Shown: positions 26,645-34,942 of the stretch, piece by piece
Position numbering within the stretch: the stretch's first letter is position 1
How the letters are laid out: each line of letters begins with the position of its first letter
Assembly (NCBI GenBank): GCA_963663545.1
Contig: OY760505.1
Location: 3,136,001 to 3,200,000, forward strand
Length of the DNA stretch: 64,000 bases
Source of the DNA: Candidatus Delongbacteria bacterium
GTDB taxonomy: Bacteria; CAIWAD01
Reading direction: 5' to 3'
Notes under the pieces: model-generated
Database searches by the model: none
The model's input: the letters and a program-made list of their open reading frames with translations, nothing else
Told to the model about the DNA's origin: nothing
Position numbers and translations under genes: made by a program

Positions 26645-29543
26645 GCGCAAACTGCAGGAGCTGACCCGCGCCGTCGAGAGCGCCATTGACCAGCTGGATC
26701 AAGGACATCCGGTTGGCGAGGAGCTCCAGTTTCTACTCTTGCGGCTCAGTCACCATTTGCGCGGTCGCCAGAAGGAACAGCAGGAGCTGCGCGATAGTCT
26801 GCGCTACACGCTAAGTGAATTGCATGCACGCCTGGATCAACTGTCCCGTGTGCGTGACCTGGCCGACTTCCTTTCAACGCATCGCGAAAGCGAAGGCTTG
26901 TTTGATCATCTGCCCGCCTTCTTCCGTCTGGCCTTCGGGGCCGAGGCCGCCTCGATTCTGCTGCTCGATCCACAGGAAGACCAGCTGGTCTTTGTCGGGG
27001 CCGAGATGGCCGATGGACGTCAGGATCTCGTGGGACAGCCGGTTGCCCTAGGCGAGGGTATCAGCGGCTGGGTGGCGGCGACGGGTCTAAGTCGCCTGGC
27101 GCCCGATGTGAGCCGCGATCCGCAATTCATGGTTCGTGCCGATTGCCCCATTACCATTGGGAGCCTGCTCTGTGCTCCTTTAATGGACGGCAAGCGCGTG
27201 CTGGGAGTCGTCAATCTAAGTCACTCGTGCAAGCAGCAGTTCAGCGAAGACGACGAGCTGCTGCTGAACATGCTCTGTGAGACGGCGTCGGTGGCCATTG
27301 CGCAAGCAAGGCTTGCCGAGGCTTTGAAGCTAGAGGCCGTCAGCATGGCTGGCGAGCTGGCGGAAGTGCGCGACTTCTTCTTCTCGATCGTGCGCTCCAG
27401 TGACGACTTGATTGTGGTTCTGGGTGCGGATCTGAAGGTGATCCTGGTTAGCGCGGCGCTTGCTGAGCTCTTGAACTACGATAGCAAGGAAGTCATCGAT
27501 CGCCGTCCCGGCGACAGCTTCCTCAACACTGCCTCGGCCAGCGAGCTGGAAAGCACGCTGCTGGGCGGCATGATCATTCGCGACCACGATGTTCTGCTCA
27601 ATCGCCGCGACGGCAGTCAGGTACACGCTTCCGTCAATGGCAGCCCGATCCGCAGTGAGCAGGGCAATACCATGGGCTACCTGTGTATCTTCCGCAGCAT
27701 CGAGCGCCGTGTGCGCGTCTACCAGATGCTCAAGGAACTCTCGGCCCGCCTGACCGTGCTCTTCGATGCGGCTGTTGAAGTGAGTTCCAGCCTCAAGGTG
27801 GACGAAGTACTCAATCTGGTGCTGGTGCACATGCAACAGCTGTTGGGTGCCGACGGTGGGCAGCTGATGCTGCTTTCCGCCGATGGTCGCAGCCTTCTGC
27901 GCTGGCAGCCCGAGTCGCGCCTGGCGGAGGAGCGCATTCCTCTCTCCGATTGCCCGGAGGGTGTGGTTGTGAGACAGCCGCGCCCGTTGCTGCTTTCCGA
28001 ACCCGCCGCCGTGAGACAATTTCTTCCGGACGCCGACGCCAGCCTGCAGAGTACCATGATGGTGCCGCTGGCGGTCAAGGAGGATGTGCTCGGCGTGATA
28101 CGCGTGGACAGCCACGATCCGACGCGCCTCTTCAGCAATCAGGATCTGCGTCTAGCCACAACCTTCGCGACTCAGGCGGCGCTGGCCATTGAGAATTCGC
28201 GTCTTTACTCGGCAACGCAGCGTGAGACAAATCGTCTGCGCGGCCTGCTGGATCTCTCCCGTGAAGTGGCTCGCATGCACAGCCGCGAGCAGATCCTGGA
28301 TCTGTTTGCACGCAGTTCGGTGCGTCTCACGGGCGCCCGAGCAGCCGTTGTGTACGAAGTGCGACCTGCCGAAGGAATGTTGCGTCGTGTAGCACAATAC
28401 ACCGACGATCTGCCGCTGAGTCCGGCGCCGGTCACCTACACGATCAACTATTTCAGCGATGACCCGTTGAACACGCTCCTGCGTGAGCCCGATATGCCGC
28501 TGCGCTACAGCCCGCTGCCGGAGACGCCGCCCGCTTGGGTGCCGGAGCCGGTCAACAAGGGAATCAGCCTTCTGGTTGTGCCCGTCGAGGAGGCCGGTGA
28601 TACATACGGCCTGTTGCTGCTCTACTGGGACGAGCAGGAACAGTTGATGTCAGAGGACGAGAGCTTCCTGAGCGTCATGAGCATGCAGGCGGCCAGCGCC
28701 ATTCGCACCGAGCGCCTACTGGCGGAGAATGAAGCCAGCCAGACCTTCCTTAGCAATGTGATCTATTCCGCTACGGATGCGATTATCGTGACGGATCGCA
28801 TGGGGCGTATCACGCTCTTCAATCGCGGTGCCGTGGATATGTTGGGCATTAGCGAGCGTGAAGCCCTTGGCCGCATGGCCAGCGAGCTCTACCAGGATCC
28901 TACCCTCGCGCGTAATCGCATGCGCCAGGCCTTGCGCGAGGACGAGCCCAGCATGACCTTCGAGACCGTTGTCATCAATGCCCTGGGCGGCGAGCTGACG
29001 GTACAACTTACCCTGAGCTGGCTACGCGACAAGAGCGGGCGCATCGCGGGTATTCTGGGCGTTGCCAAGGACATCAGTGAGCTGAAGAAGCTGGAGCAGG
29101 CAAGGCAGGAGGCCGAGCGCTTGAAGGACATCGAGCGCATGGCGGTAACGGTTTCTGATCGCATCAACACGCCCTTGGCGGTGATCATGATGCACCTGGA
29201 AATGGTGCGCGAGATGCAGAGCGGGCTGGATCCCGCCGCTGGCAAGAGCCTCGAGGCCGTCGAAGAGCAAGTCGGACGCGTCAAAACCATTCTGGACAGT
29301 CTGAATGCGCAAAAACGCGTGCAGATCAAGAAGTATGGCCTGCCAAATGTCGATATGTATGACCTGGAGTCGGGGGCGCAGACCGAGCAGGAGGAAACGG
29401 ACGATTCCGAGCCTGCGCCTCAAGTAAAACGGCGAAACACCGAAGAAGAGACAGAACGGAAACCTGCCCCTGTAGCGAACGCACCGCGGCGGTCCGCGGG
29501 ACATCGACGCGCGGTCAGGTCAGGCAACAGCGAGCGTGAGTAG
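26637..29543 (+). CDS. GAF-PAS-GAF-GAF-PAS sensor ending in a HisKA-like helix pair, no HATPase domain
   Basis: GAF ('GEGISGWVA..DVSRDPQF..SLLCAPL'), PAS ('DAIIVTD..GRITLFN.GA..MLG'), 'MAVTVSDRINTPLAVI', then a charged tail. Confidence 0.8.
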   Translation: MSERKLQELTRAVESAIDQLDQGHPVGEELQFLLLRLSHHLRGRQKEQQELRDSLRYTLSELHARLDQLSRVRDLADFLSTHRESEGLFDHLPAFFRLAFGAEAASILLLDPQEDQLVFVGAEMADGRQDLVGQPVALGEGISGWVAATGLSRLAPDVSRDPQFMVRADCPITIGSLLCAPLMDGKRVLGVVNLSHSCKQQFSEDDELLLNMLCETASVAIAQARLAEALKLEAVSMAGELAEVRDFFFSIVRSSDDLIVVLGADLKVILVSAALAELLNYDSKEVIDRRPGDSFLNTASASELESTLLGGMIIRDHDVLLNRRDGSQVHASVNGSPIRSEQGNTMGYLCIFRSIERRVRVYQMLKELSARLTVLFDAAVEVSSSLKVDEVLNLVLVHMQQLLGADGGQLMLLSADGRSLLRWQPESRLAEERIPLSDCPEGVVVRQPRPLLLSEPAAVRQFLPDADASLQSTMMVPLAVKEDVLGVIRVDSHDPTRLFSNQDLRLATTFATQAALAIENSRLYSATQRETNRLRGLLDLSREVARMHSREQILDLFARSSVRLTGARAAVVYEVRPAEGMLRRVAQYTDDLPLSPAPVTYTINYFSDDPLNTLLREPDMPLRYSPLPETPPAWVPEPVNKGISLLVVPVEEAGDTYGLLLLYWDEQEQLMSEDESFLSVMSMQAASAIRTERLLAENEASQTFLSNVIYSATDAIIVTDRMGRITLFNRGAVDMLGISEREALGRMASELYQDPTLARNRMRQALREDEPSMTFETVVINALGGELTVQLTLSWLRDKSGRIAGILGVAKDISELKKLEQARQEAERLKDIERMAVTVSDRINTPLAVIMMHLEMVREMQSGLDPAAGKSLEAVEEQVGRVKTILDSLNAQKRVQIKKYGLPNVDMYDLESGAQTEQEETDDSEPAPQVKRRNTEEETERKPAPVANAPRRSAGHRRAVRSGNSERE

Positions 29544-29544
29544 C

Positions 29545-29928
29545 ATGAAGATTGTTGACAACAAATCCGTCCTGATCGTGGATGACGACCAGACCTTCCT
29601 GGACATTCTGGCCCGATTCATGGAGCACTACGGCTTTCAGCCTGTGTACCGTGCCTCCAATGGTCGCGAGGCCCTGGACATTTACCGCCAGCATCCGACG
29701 GACCTGCTGATTACCGACATCAACATGCCCGAGGTCAGCGGTATGCAGCTCATGGAGGAGGTGCGCCGCATCGACGCGGATGTCCCCATCATCGTGGTCA
29801 GCGGCTGGATCAAAGAGGAGCACCTACCACGCCTTGAACCTTTCCGTGTCACGGATACCATCTTTAAGCCCTTCCGCATGGATCGAATCCGCAGTGTGAT
29901 CGAGGGGCTCTTCGGCGAGGAGGCCTAA
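29545..29928 (+). CDS. Single-domain response regulator
   Basis: 'LIVDDD', 'ITDINMP', 'VVSG', 'FKPF'. Confidence 0.9.
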   Translation: MKIVDNKSVLIVDDDQTFLDILARFMEHYGFQPVYRASNGREALDIYRQHPTDLLITDINMPEVSGMQLMEEVRRIDADVPIIVVSGWIKEEHLPRLEPFRVTDTIFKPFRMDRIRSVIEGLFGEEA

Positions 29929-29929
29929 G

Positions 29930-30376
29930 ATGTCCTGTGGCCGAATTCTGATTATCGACGACGACGAGCTGGTGCGTAAAAGCCTCAGCGAGTTTTTAAC
30001 GGCTGAAGGTTACGAGGTCCAGTGTGCGGCCGAAGGTGACCAGGGCCTGCGGCTGCTCAACGAGTTTGCGCCGGACATGGTCTTCCTGGATATCTACATG
30101 CCGGGCTGGTCCGGACTGGACGTGATACGCCGCGTTCGCCAGGTCAACCGCGTGATACCGGTTATCATGATTACCGGCTATGACAACCCGCAGATCGCCC
30201 GGGATCTGGTTTTGGCCGGTGCTACCGATTTCATCAAAAAACCTTGGAAATTGCCCTATGTGCTGCGTGTCGTGGAGGCCTGCATGGCCAAGCGCACACC
30301 GCGCCAACGGGCCCGCGACGATGATGCATCCCGCATCGAGGACGCGGTCGACACGGAAGAGAAGCAAAACGAGTGA
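29930..30376 (+). CDS. Single-domain response regulator with short charged tail
   Basis: 'IIDDD', 'FLDIYMPG', 'MITGY', 'KKPW'. Confidence 0.9.
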   Translation: MSCGRILIIDDDELVRKSLSEFLTAEGYEVQCAAEGDQGLRLLNEFAPDMVFLDIYMPGWSGLDVIRRVRQVNRVIPVIMITGYDNPQIARDLVLAGATDFIKKPWKLPYVLRVVEACMAKRTPRQRARDDDASRIEDAVDTEEKQNE

Positions 30377-31086
30377 GCGAAAAGGACACTATGGGACCCA
30401 TTACACGCCTCAACCACGGACAGCATTTAAACGCCAACCTCTTTGATGAGACCGCCAGCCTGTCGTCGGAAACCTGGCGCATTTTCCGCATCATGAGCGA
30501 GTTTGTTGACGGATTCGAAAGCCTGTGGCACGTGTCCAACGCTATCGCCATTTTCGGCAGTGCCCGTTTGAAGCCCGAAGATCCGCTGTATCAGGCAGCT
30601 ACAGAAATCGGCCGCGGCCTGGGCGAGCTTGGTTTTCCCATCATCACCGGTGGTGGTCCGGGAATCATGGAAGCCGCCAGCAAAGGCGCTCACGAGAGCC
30701 CGTCGGAGTCTATCGGTCTCAACATCGACCTGCCGCACGAGCAGCACGCCAATCCTTTTCTCGATACCTGCATCGACTTCCGCTACTTCTTTGTGCGCAA
30801 GGTGATGTTCGTCAAGTTCGCCGCCGGCTTCGTCATGATGCCCGGAGGCTTCGGCACCATTGACGAGACCTTTGAGGTGCTAACGCTGGTGCAAACCAAG
30901 AAGATCGAGAAAGTACCCATCGTCTTTTACGGCGCCGAGTTCTGGAGCCCGCTGCTGGAGTGGATTCAGAGCCGCATGGTGAGCGCGGGCATGATCGAAG
31001 AAAAGGACCTGAAGCTATTCCGTCTCCTCGACAGGCCCGGTGAAGTCATCGATTACTTCAAGGAGTATTACCACCTGCACGAGTAA
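30373..31086 (+). CDS. LOG family (TIGR00730-type) nucleotide phosphoribohydrolase
   Basis: 'IFGSAR', 'TGGGPGIMEAA', 'FRYFFVRKVMF', PGGxGTxxE ('PGGFGTIDE'). Confidence 0.9.
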   Translation: MSEKDTMGPITRLNHGQHLNANLFDETASLSSETWRIFRIMSEFVDGFESLWHVSNAIAIFGSARLKPEDPLYQAATEIGRGLGELGFPIITGGGPGIMEAASKGAHESPSESIGLNIDLPHEQHANPFLDTCIDFRYFFVRKVMFVKFAAGFVMMPGGFGTIDETFEVLTLVQTKKIEKVPIVFYGAEFWSPLLEWIQSRMVSAGMIEEKDLKLFRLLDRPGEVIDYFKEYYHLHE

Positions 31087-31110
31087 TCGCATTTTGCATG
31101 AACCTTTCGG

Positions 31111-31146
31111 GCACGGGCGCTATGACGAGACGCGCCCGTGCTTTTT
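31111..31146 (+). terminator. Intrinsic terminator after the LOG gene
   Basis: GCACGGGCGC-N11-GCGCCCGTGC-TTTTT. Confidence 0.75.
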
Positions 31147-31259
31147 ACTCTCCTTGCCACGGGTGGCATGTGCATGCCGAATATTTGCTGCTTCCACCCC
31201 CCGGCTCCGCTTCTCAAGCGCCTTCATTTTTCTACCTTGGTGGTTCGCGACGCGACTGG

Positions 31260-31279
31260 TTGAAACACGGTTGTTTCAA
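31260..31279. promoter_or_regulatory. Perfect inverted repeat, candidate operator upstream of BMC shell genes
   Basis: TTGAAACA-CGGT-TGTTTCAA, about 50 nt before the ATG. Confidence 0.45.
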
Positions 31280-31328
31280 ACGGTGCGCGCAGGAAATGCA
31301 ACCAACGTAGGTACACGGAGGATACAGC

Positions 31329-31613
31329 ATGTCGCTTGAAGCCCTCGGCATGGTGGAGACCAAAGGTCTGGTCGGTGCTGTCGAAGCCGCAGACGCCATG
31401 GTCAAGGCGGCCAAGGTCGAACTGATCGGTCGCGAGCAGGTAGGTGGCGGTTTTGTGACCGTCATGGTCCGTGGTGATGTAGGTGCGGTTAAGGCCGCCA
31501 CCGATGCCGGTGCTACCGCTGCCGAGAAGGTCGGCGAGGTGGTTTCGGTACATGTGATTCCGCGGCCCCACGCAGAGGTGGAGATGATTCTGCCGAAGCG
31601 TTCCGGCAAGTAA
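31329..31613 (+). CDS. Bacterial microcompartment hexameric shell protein (EutM/PduA-like)
   Basis: '[24 protein letters not shown]', '[10 protein letters not shown]', 'VHVIPRPH'; GGAGG RBS. Confidence 0.97.
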   Translation: MSLEALGMVETKGLVGAVEAADAMVKAAKVELIGREQVGGGFVTVMVRGDVGAVKAATDAGATAAEKVGEVVSVHVIPRPHAEVEMILPKRSGK

Positions 31614-31620
31614 TCCCCTG

Positions 31621-31646
31621 GGGGCAGTCTTCGGGCTGCCCCTTTT
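31621..31646 (+). terminator. Terminator-like hairpin between the two shell genes
   Basis: GGGGCAGTC-TTCG-GGCTGCCCC-TTTT, ending 7 nt before the next ATG. Confidence 0.7.
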
Positions 31647-31653
31647 CTGCACT

Positions 31654-32124
31654 ATGAGCGATTTTGCCCTGGGAATGGTTGAGACGCGCGGTTTGATTGC
31701 CGCCGTTGAGGCCTGTGATGCCATGCTCAAGGCTTCTGCCGTACAGCTTGTGCGTCGCCGTGTTACCTGGCCTGCCATCGTGACCATTTGTGTCACGGGC
31801 GAAACAGCGGCTGTCCAAGCTGCCGTCGACGCTGGCGCGCGTGCTGCTGCGAAAATCGGCCGCGTGCTTGGCTGCCACGTGATCCCGCGACCCGCCCTGG
31901 CTGTAGAGGAGCTTGTGGGCGGCCTGGGTCAGGATTCCTGGGTCCCCGAAGGCAGACTCGCCGAACTGCAGACCCCCGCTCCCCGGGCATTGGAGGAGAT
32001 GCCGGTGCGGGAATTACGGGCCTTGGCCCGTACTTGTGAGGGTTTTCCTCTGACGGGAAGAGAGATATCCAACGCCAACCGCAGCGAACTGCTGGAACTG
32101 CTCGCTCGTTTTCCGCTGCGGTAG
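31654..32124 (+). CDS. BMC shell protein with C-terminal helical extension
   Basis: BMC domain ('ALGMVETRG..EACDAMLKA', 'HVIPRP'), linker, then 'LEEMPVRELRALAR..GFPLTGREISNANRSELL'. Confidence 0.9.
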   Translation: MSDFALGMVETRGLIAAVEACDAMLKASAVQLVRRRVTWPAIVTICVTGETAAVQAAVDAGARAAAKIGRVLGCHVIPRPALAVEELVGGLGQDSWVPEGRLAELQTPAPRALEEMPVRELRALARTCEGFPLTGREISNANRSELLELLARFPLR

Positions 32125-32173
32125 TCAGTGTGCACTGGCACTTGGCTGACAACAGAAGTTGGGAAGCGCAGCC

Positions 32174-34927
32174 ATGCATCGACGATCGCTGCCACGCCCC
32201 CTTTCTGCGCTGCCTCGGTCGCTGCGGCGAGCCGTACCGGTAGTGGTGGGTTTGCTCACCTTTGCCGTCTCAGCAGTCGCTGCTGCGGGTGAGGGCCGGA
32301 TCCTGCTGAAACTGAACTCAGATCCCTGCCCGGAGCGGGAGCAGCAGCTGCTCTGCGAACTTCCCGCCGGTAGTCATCTATCTCAGGCTTTACCACAAGC
32401 GCAGCGCGTGCCCGGCATGGAGCGTATTCTGCGTCTAGAACTCCCGTCCGCGGCGGATGTCGCACCGCTGGTGGCACGCTTGAGTCGTCATCCACTGGTG
32501 GAATGGGCGGAATGCGCGCCTTTGCGACACACCGACCTGCTTCCCAACGACAGCCGCTACAGTGAGTTGTGGGCGCCAGCCGCTGTCAGCGCTCCCGCAG
32601 CATGGGATTTGGCTACACCCGGGACACACGATGTGATCCTGGCCGATGTGGACACGGGAGTGGAACTTGCTCATCCCGATCTGGCGGCCGCGCTGTGGAC
32701 CAATACTGCTGAGGCTTCCGGCACAACGGGCGTTGACGATGATGGCAATGGCTATGTAGATGATATTCACGGCTACGATCTGCGCGCTGACGATGACGAT
32801 CCCAATCCCGACCCTGGTGATACAAGTCATGGCACTCATACCGCTGGTACGGCGGCTTGTGTTACAAACAACGGTGCAGGTGTATCGTGTCTGGCCTGGA
32901 ATGCGGCGCAGTTGATGGCAGTGCGAGCCGGTCACGGCACGCTAGTAAGTCACGGTGTCGAGGGATTGTGGTACGCGGCACTTAGTGGAGCACGCATCGC
33001 AAACTGTTCCTGGGGCGGCGACAGCTACAGCTATTACGAGCACGAGGTGATACGCGCTGTGCGCGAACTTGGGCTTCTGGTAGTGGCTGCGGCGGGCAAC
33101 AACGGCAGCAGCCGCGAACACTATCCGGGCGCCTATCCGGAAGTGCTCTGTGTAGCCTCGTTGGATGCTGACAACCATAAACTTTCCAGCAGCCAGTACG
33201 GTGGCTGGGTGGATCTGGCCGCGCCGGGATCTTCAATTTTGTCAACCGTAATTGGTGGCAGCTATGGATACAAGACCGGCACTTCCATGGCTGCGCCGCA
33301 GGTGGCAAGTCTGGCGGCGCTTGTGTTACATCAACATCCCGCCTACAGTGTCGATCAGCTTCGTGAGCACATTACCTTCACTTGCAATGATCTTGGCAGC
33401 ACCAACCCGTCTTACGCGGAGGATCTGGGGCGCGGCATGATCAACGCACAACGGGCGCTCGCCGAGTCGCCGTGCGCACTGGTACTGGCCGAAACGAGCT
33501 TCGACGATGCCAACGGGGACGGCATAGCGGATCCCGGCGAAGAGCTCGAGATGCAGATCCGTTTGAACGCTGTCCTGGGAGATTTCAGTTCAATCCAGCT
33601 GAGTCTGAGTTTGCCTGAGGGTGGTGGCACGGTGCTTGACGGTACCGCCCAGTTCACTAGTGTCACACAGGGCAACAGCGTCATCAACAGCGACGCCCTG
33701 CGCTTGCGACTGGACGAAGGCTTGGAGAATGGCAGTCGTGTCAAACTTCGTCTACTGATCACGGCAAACAATGGCTTCAGCCATCGCCAGTTTGACTGGC
33801 TGGTTGTATCACCGGTATATGTGACACATGACAATGGACAACTGCAATGCTCTCTCAGCGGGCAGGGAAGCCTGGGCTATCACGACTTTGCCACCAATTC
33901 CCAGGTAGGTAGCGGTTTGATCTGGCCTTCTGGCGCAAGTGAACACTTGTATCACGGCAGTCTAATGGTAGCGTGCGCCAACGGCCTTGTAGCAGACAAC
34001 GCCGAGTACCTTTCAGGAATAGGGGGCGATTTTGTCGCTGGCACTCCCAGTATCACCATGCAGGAGAACGGTGATACACAAACGGGCAACGCTGGCTTTG
34101 ACGACAGCAACATGGAGATTCCGCTTGGGTTGCACGTCGATCAACGCTCATGGACTTTTTCAGGTACTAATGAAGCAGACTTGCTGCTGGTGGAATACAC
34201 ACTGCTCAATACCGGAAGCGCCAGTATAAGTGCGCTGCGACCGGGATTGTGGATGGATTTTGACATCAATGGTGATTGGGGCGATGATACTGCCGGTTGG
34301 ATCAGCAGCGCGGGTTGCGGTTGGCAGACGGACGCATCTGGCGCCTATCTGGGCATCTGTTTGCTTACAGATGTGGTAGCCGGCTTCCGCGTGTGCCACT
34401 GGGACGAATGGCAGGCTGGTGGGCTATCGGATAGCGAGAAGCTGAGTTACATGAGCTCCGGATTCAGCCAGACCAGTTGTGATACACCAGACGATCTACA
34501 GCTGCTGTTATCGGCACCAGCTCATGATCTCGCAGCAGGTGAGCTTCGTGTCGTGGCCTTTGGCATTCTTGGGGCTAACAGCACGGCCGGGCTGGAACAG
34601 GGCGCGAGCGTAGCACGCTCCAGATACATCGCACTCGATGCGGGTGATAGTGCGCACATTCAACCTGACTTGTGGAATCTATCCTTGTATCCGAATCCCT
34701 GTAACCCCGCGACGATGGCGACTCTTCGCTTGAGTCGGCCTGGTATGGTGCAGTGGAGGCTCTTTGATTTGCGTGGTGCCTGTCTCGAATGCCAGACGCC
34801 GGGCCGGTTGGTGCCGGGCGTCTACCAATTTCCCGTTGATCTGAGTGGCCGTGCCAGCGGCCAATATTTCGTCGAATTCCAACTGGATCACGAGCGCGTG
34901 ATACGCCGTGTTCAGTTGATCAAGTAA
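32174..34927 (+). CDS. Secreted S8 serine peptidase with T9SS type-A-like C-terminal domain
   Basis: Triad 'DVDTG', 'SHGTHTAG', 'GTSMAAP'; 'DDDGNGYVDDIHG'; tail 'LYPNPCNP..ASGQYF'. Confidence 0.92.
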   Translation: MHRRSLPRPLSALPRSLRRAVPVVVGLLTFAVSAVAAAGEGRILLKLNSDPCPEREQQLLCELPAGSHLSQALPQAQRVPGMERILRLELPSAADVAPLVARLSRHPLVEWAECAPLRHTDLLPNDSRYSELWAPAAVSAPAAWDLATPGTHDVILADVDTGVELAHPDLAAALWTNTAEASGTTGVDDDGNGYVDDIHGYDLRADDDDPNPDPGDTSHGTHTAGTAACVTNNGAGVSCLAWNAAQLMAVRAGHGTLVSHGVEGLWYAALSGARIANCSWGGDSYSYYEHEVIRAVRELGLLVVAAAGNNGSSREHYPGAYPEVLCVASLDADNHKLSSSQYGGWVDLAAPGSSILSTVIGGSYGYKTGTSMAAPQVASLAALVLHQHPAYSVDQLREHITFTCNDLGSTNPSYAEDLGRGMINAQRALAESPCALVLAETSFDDANGDGIADPGEELEMQIRLNAVLGDFSSIQLSLSLPEGGGTVLDGTAQFTSVTQGNSVINSDALRLRLDEGLENGSRVKLRLLITANNGFSHRQFDWLVVSPVYVTHDNGQLQCSLSGQGSLGYHDFATNSQVGSGLIWPSGASEHLYHGSLMVACANGLVADNAEYLSGIGGDFVAGTPSITMQENGDTQTGNAGFDDSNMEIPLGLHVDQRSWTFSGTNEADLLLVEYTLLNTGSASISALRPGLWMDFDINGDWGDDTAGWISSAGCGWQTDASGAYLGICLLTDVVAGFRVCHWDEWQAGGLSDSEKLSYMSSGFSQTSCDTPDDLQLLLSAPAHDLAAGELRVVAFGILGANSTAGLEQGASVARSRYIALDAGDSAHIQPDLWNLSLYPNPCNPATMATLRLSRPGMVQWRLFDLRGACLECQTPGRLVPGVYQFPVDLSGRASGQYFVEFQLDHERVIRRVQLIK

Positions 34928-34942
34928 TTGTCCGGGGGAAAC

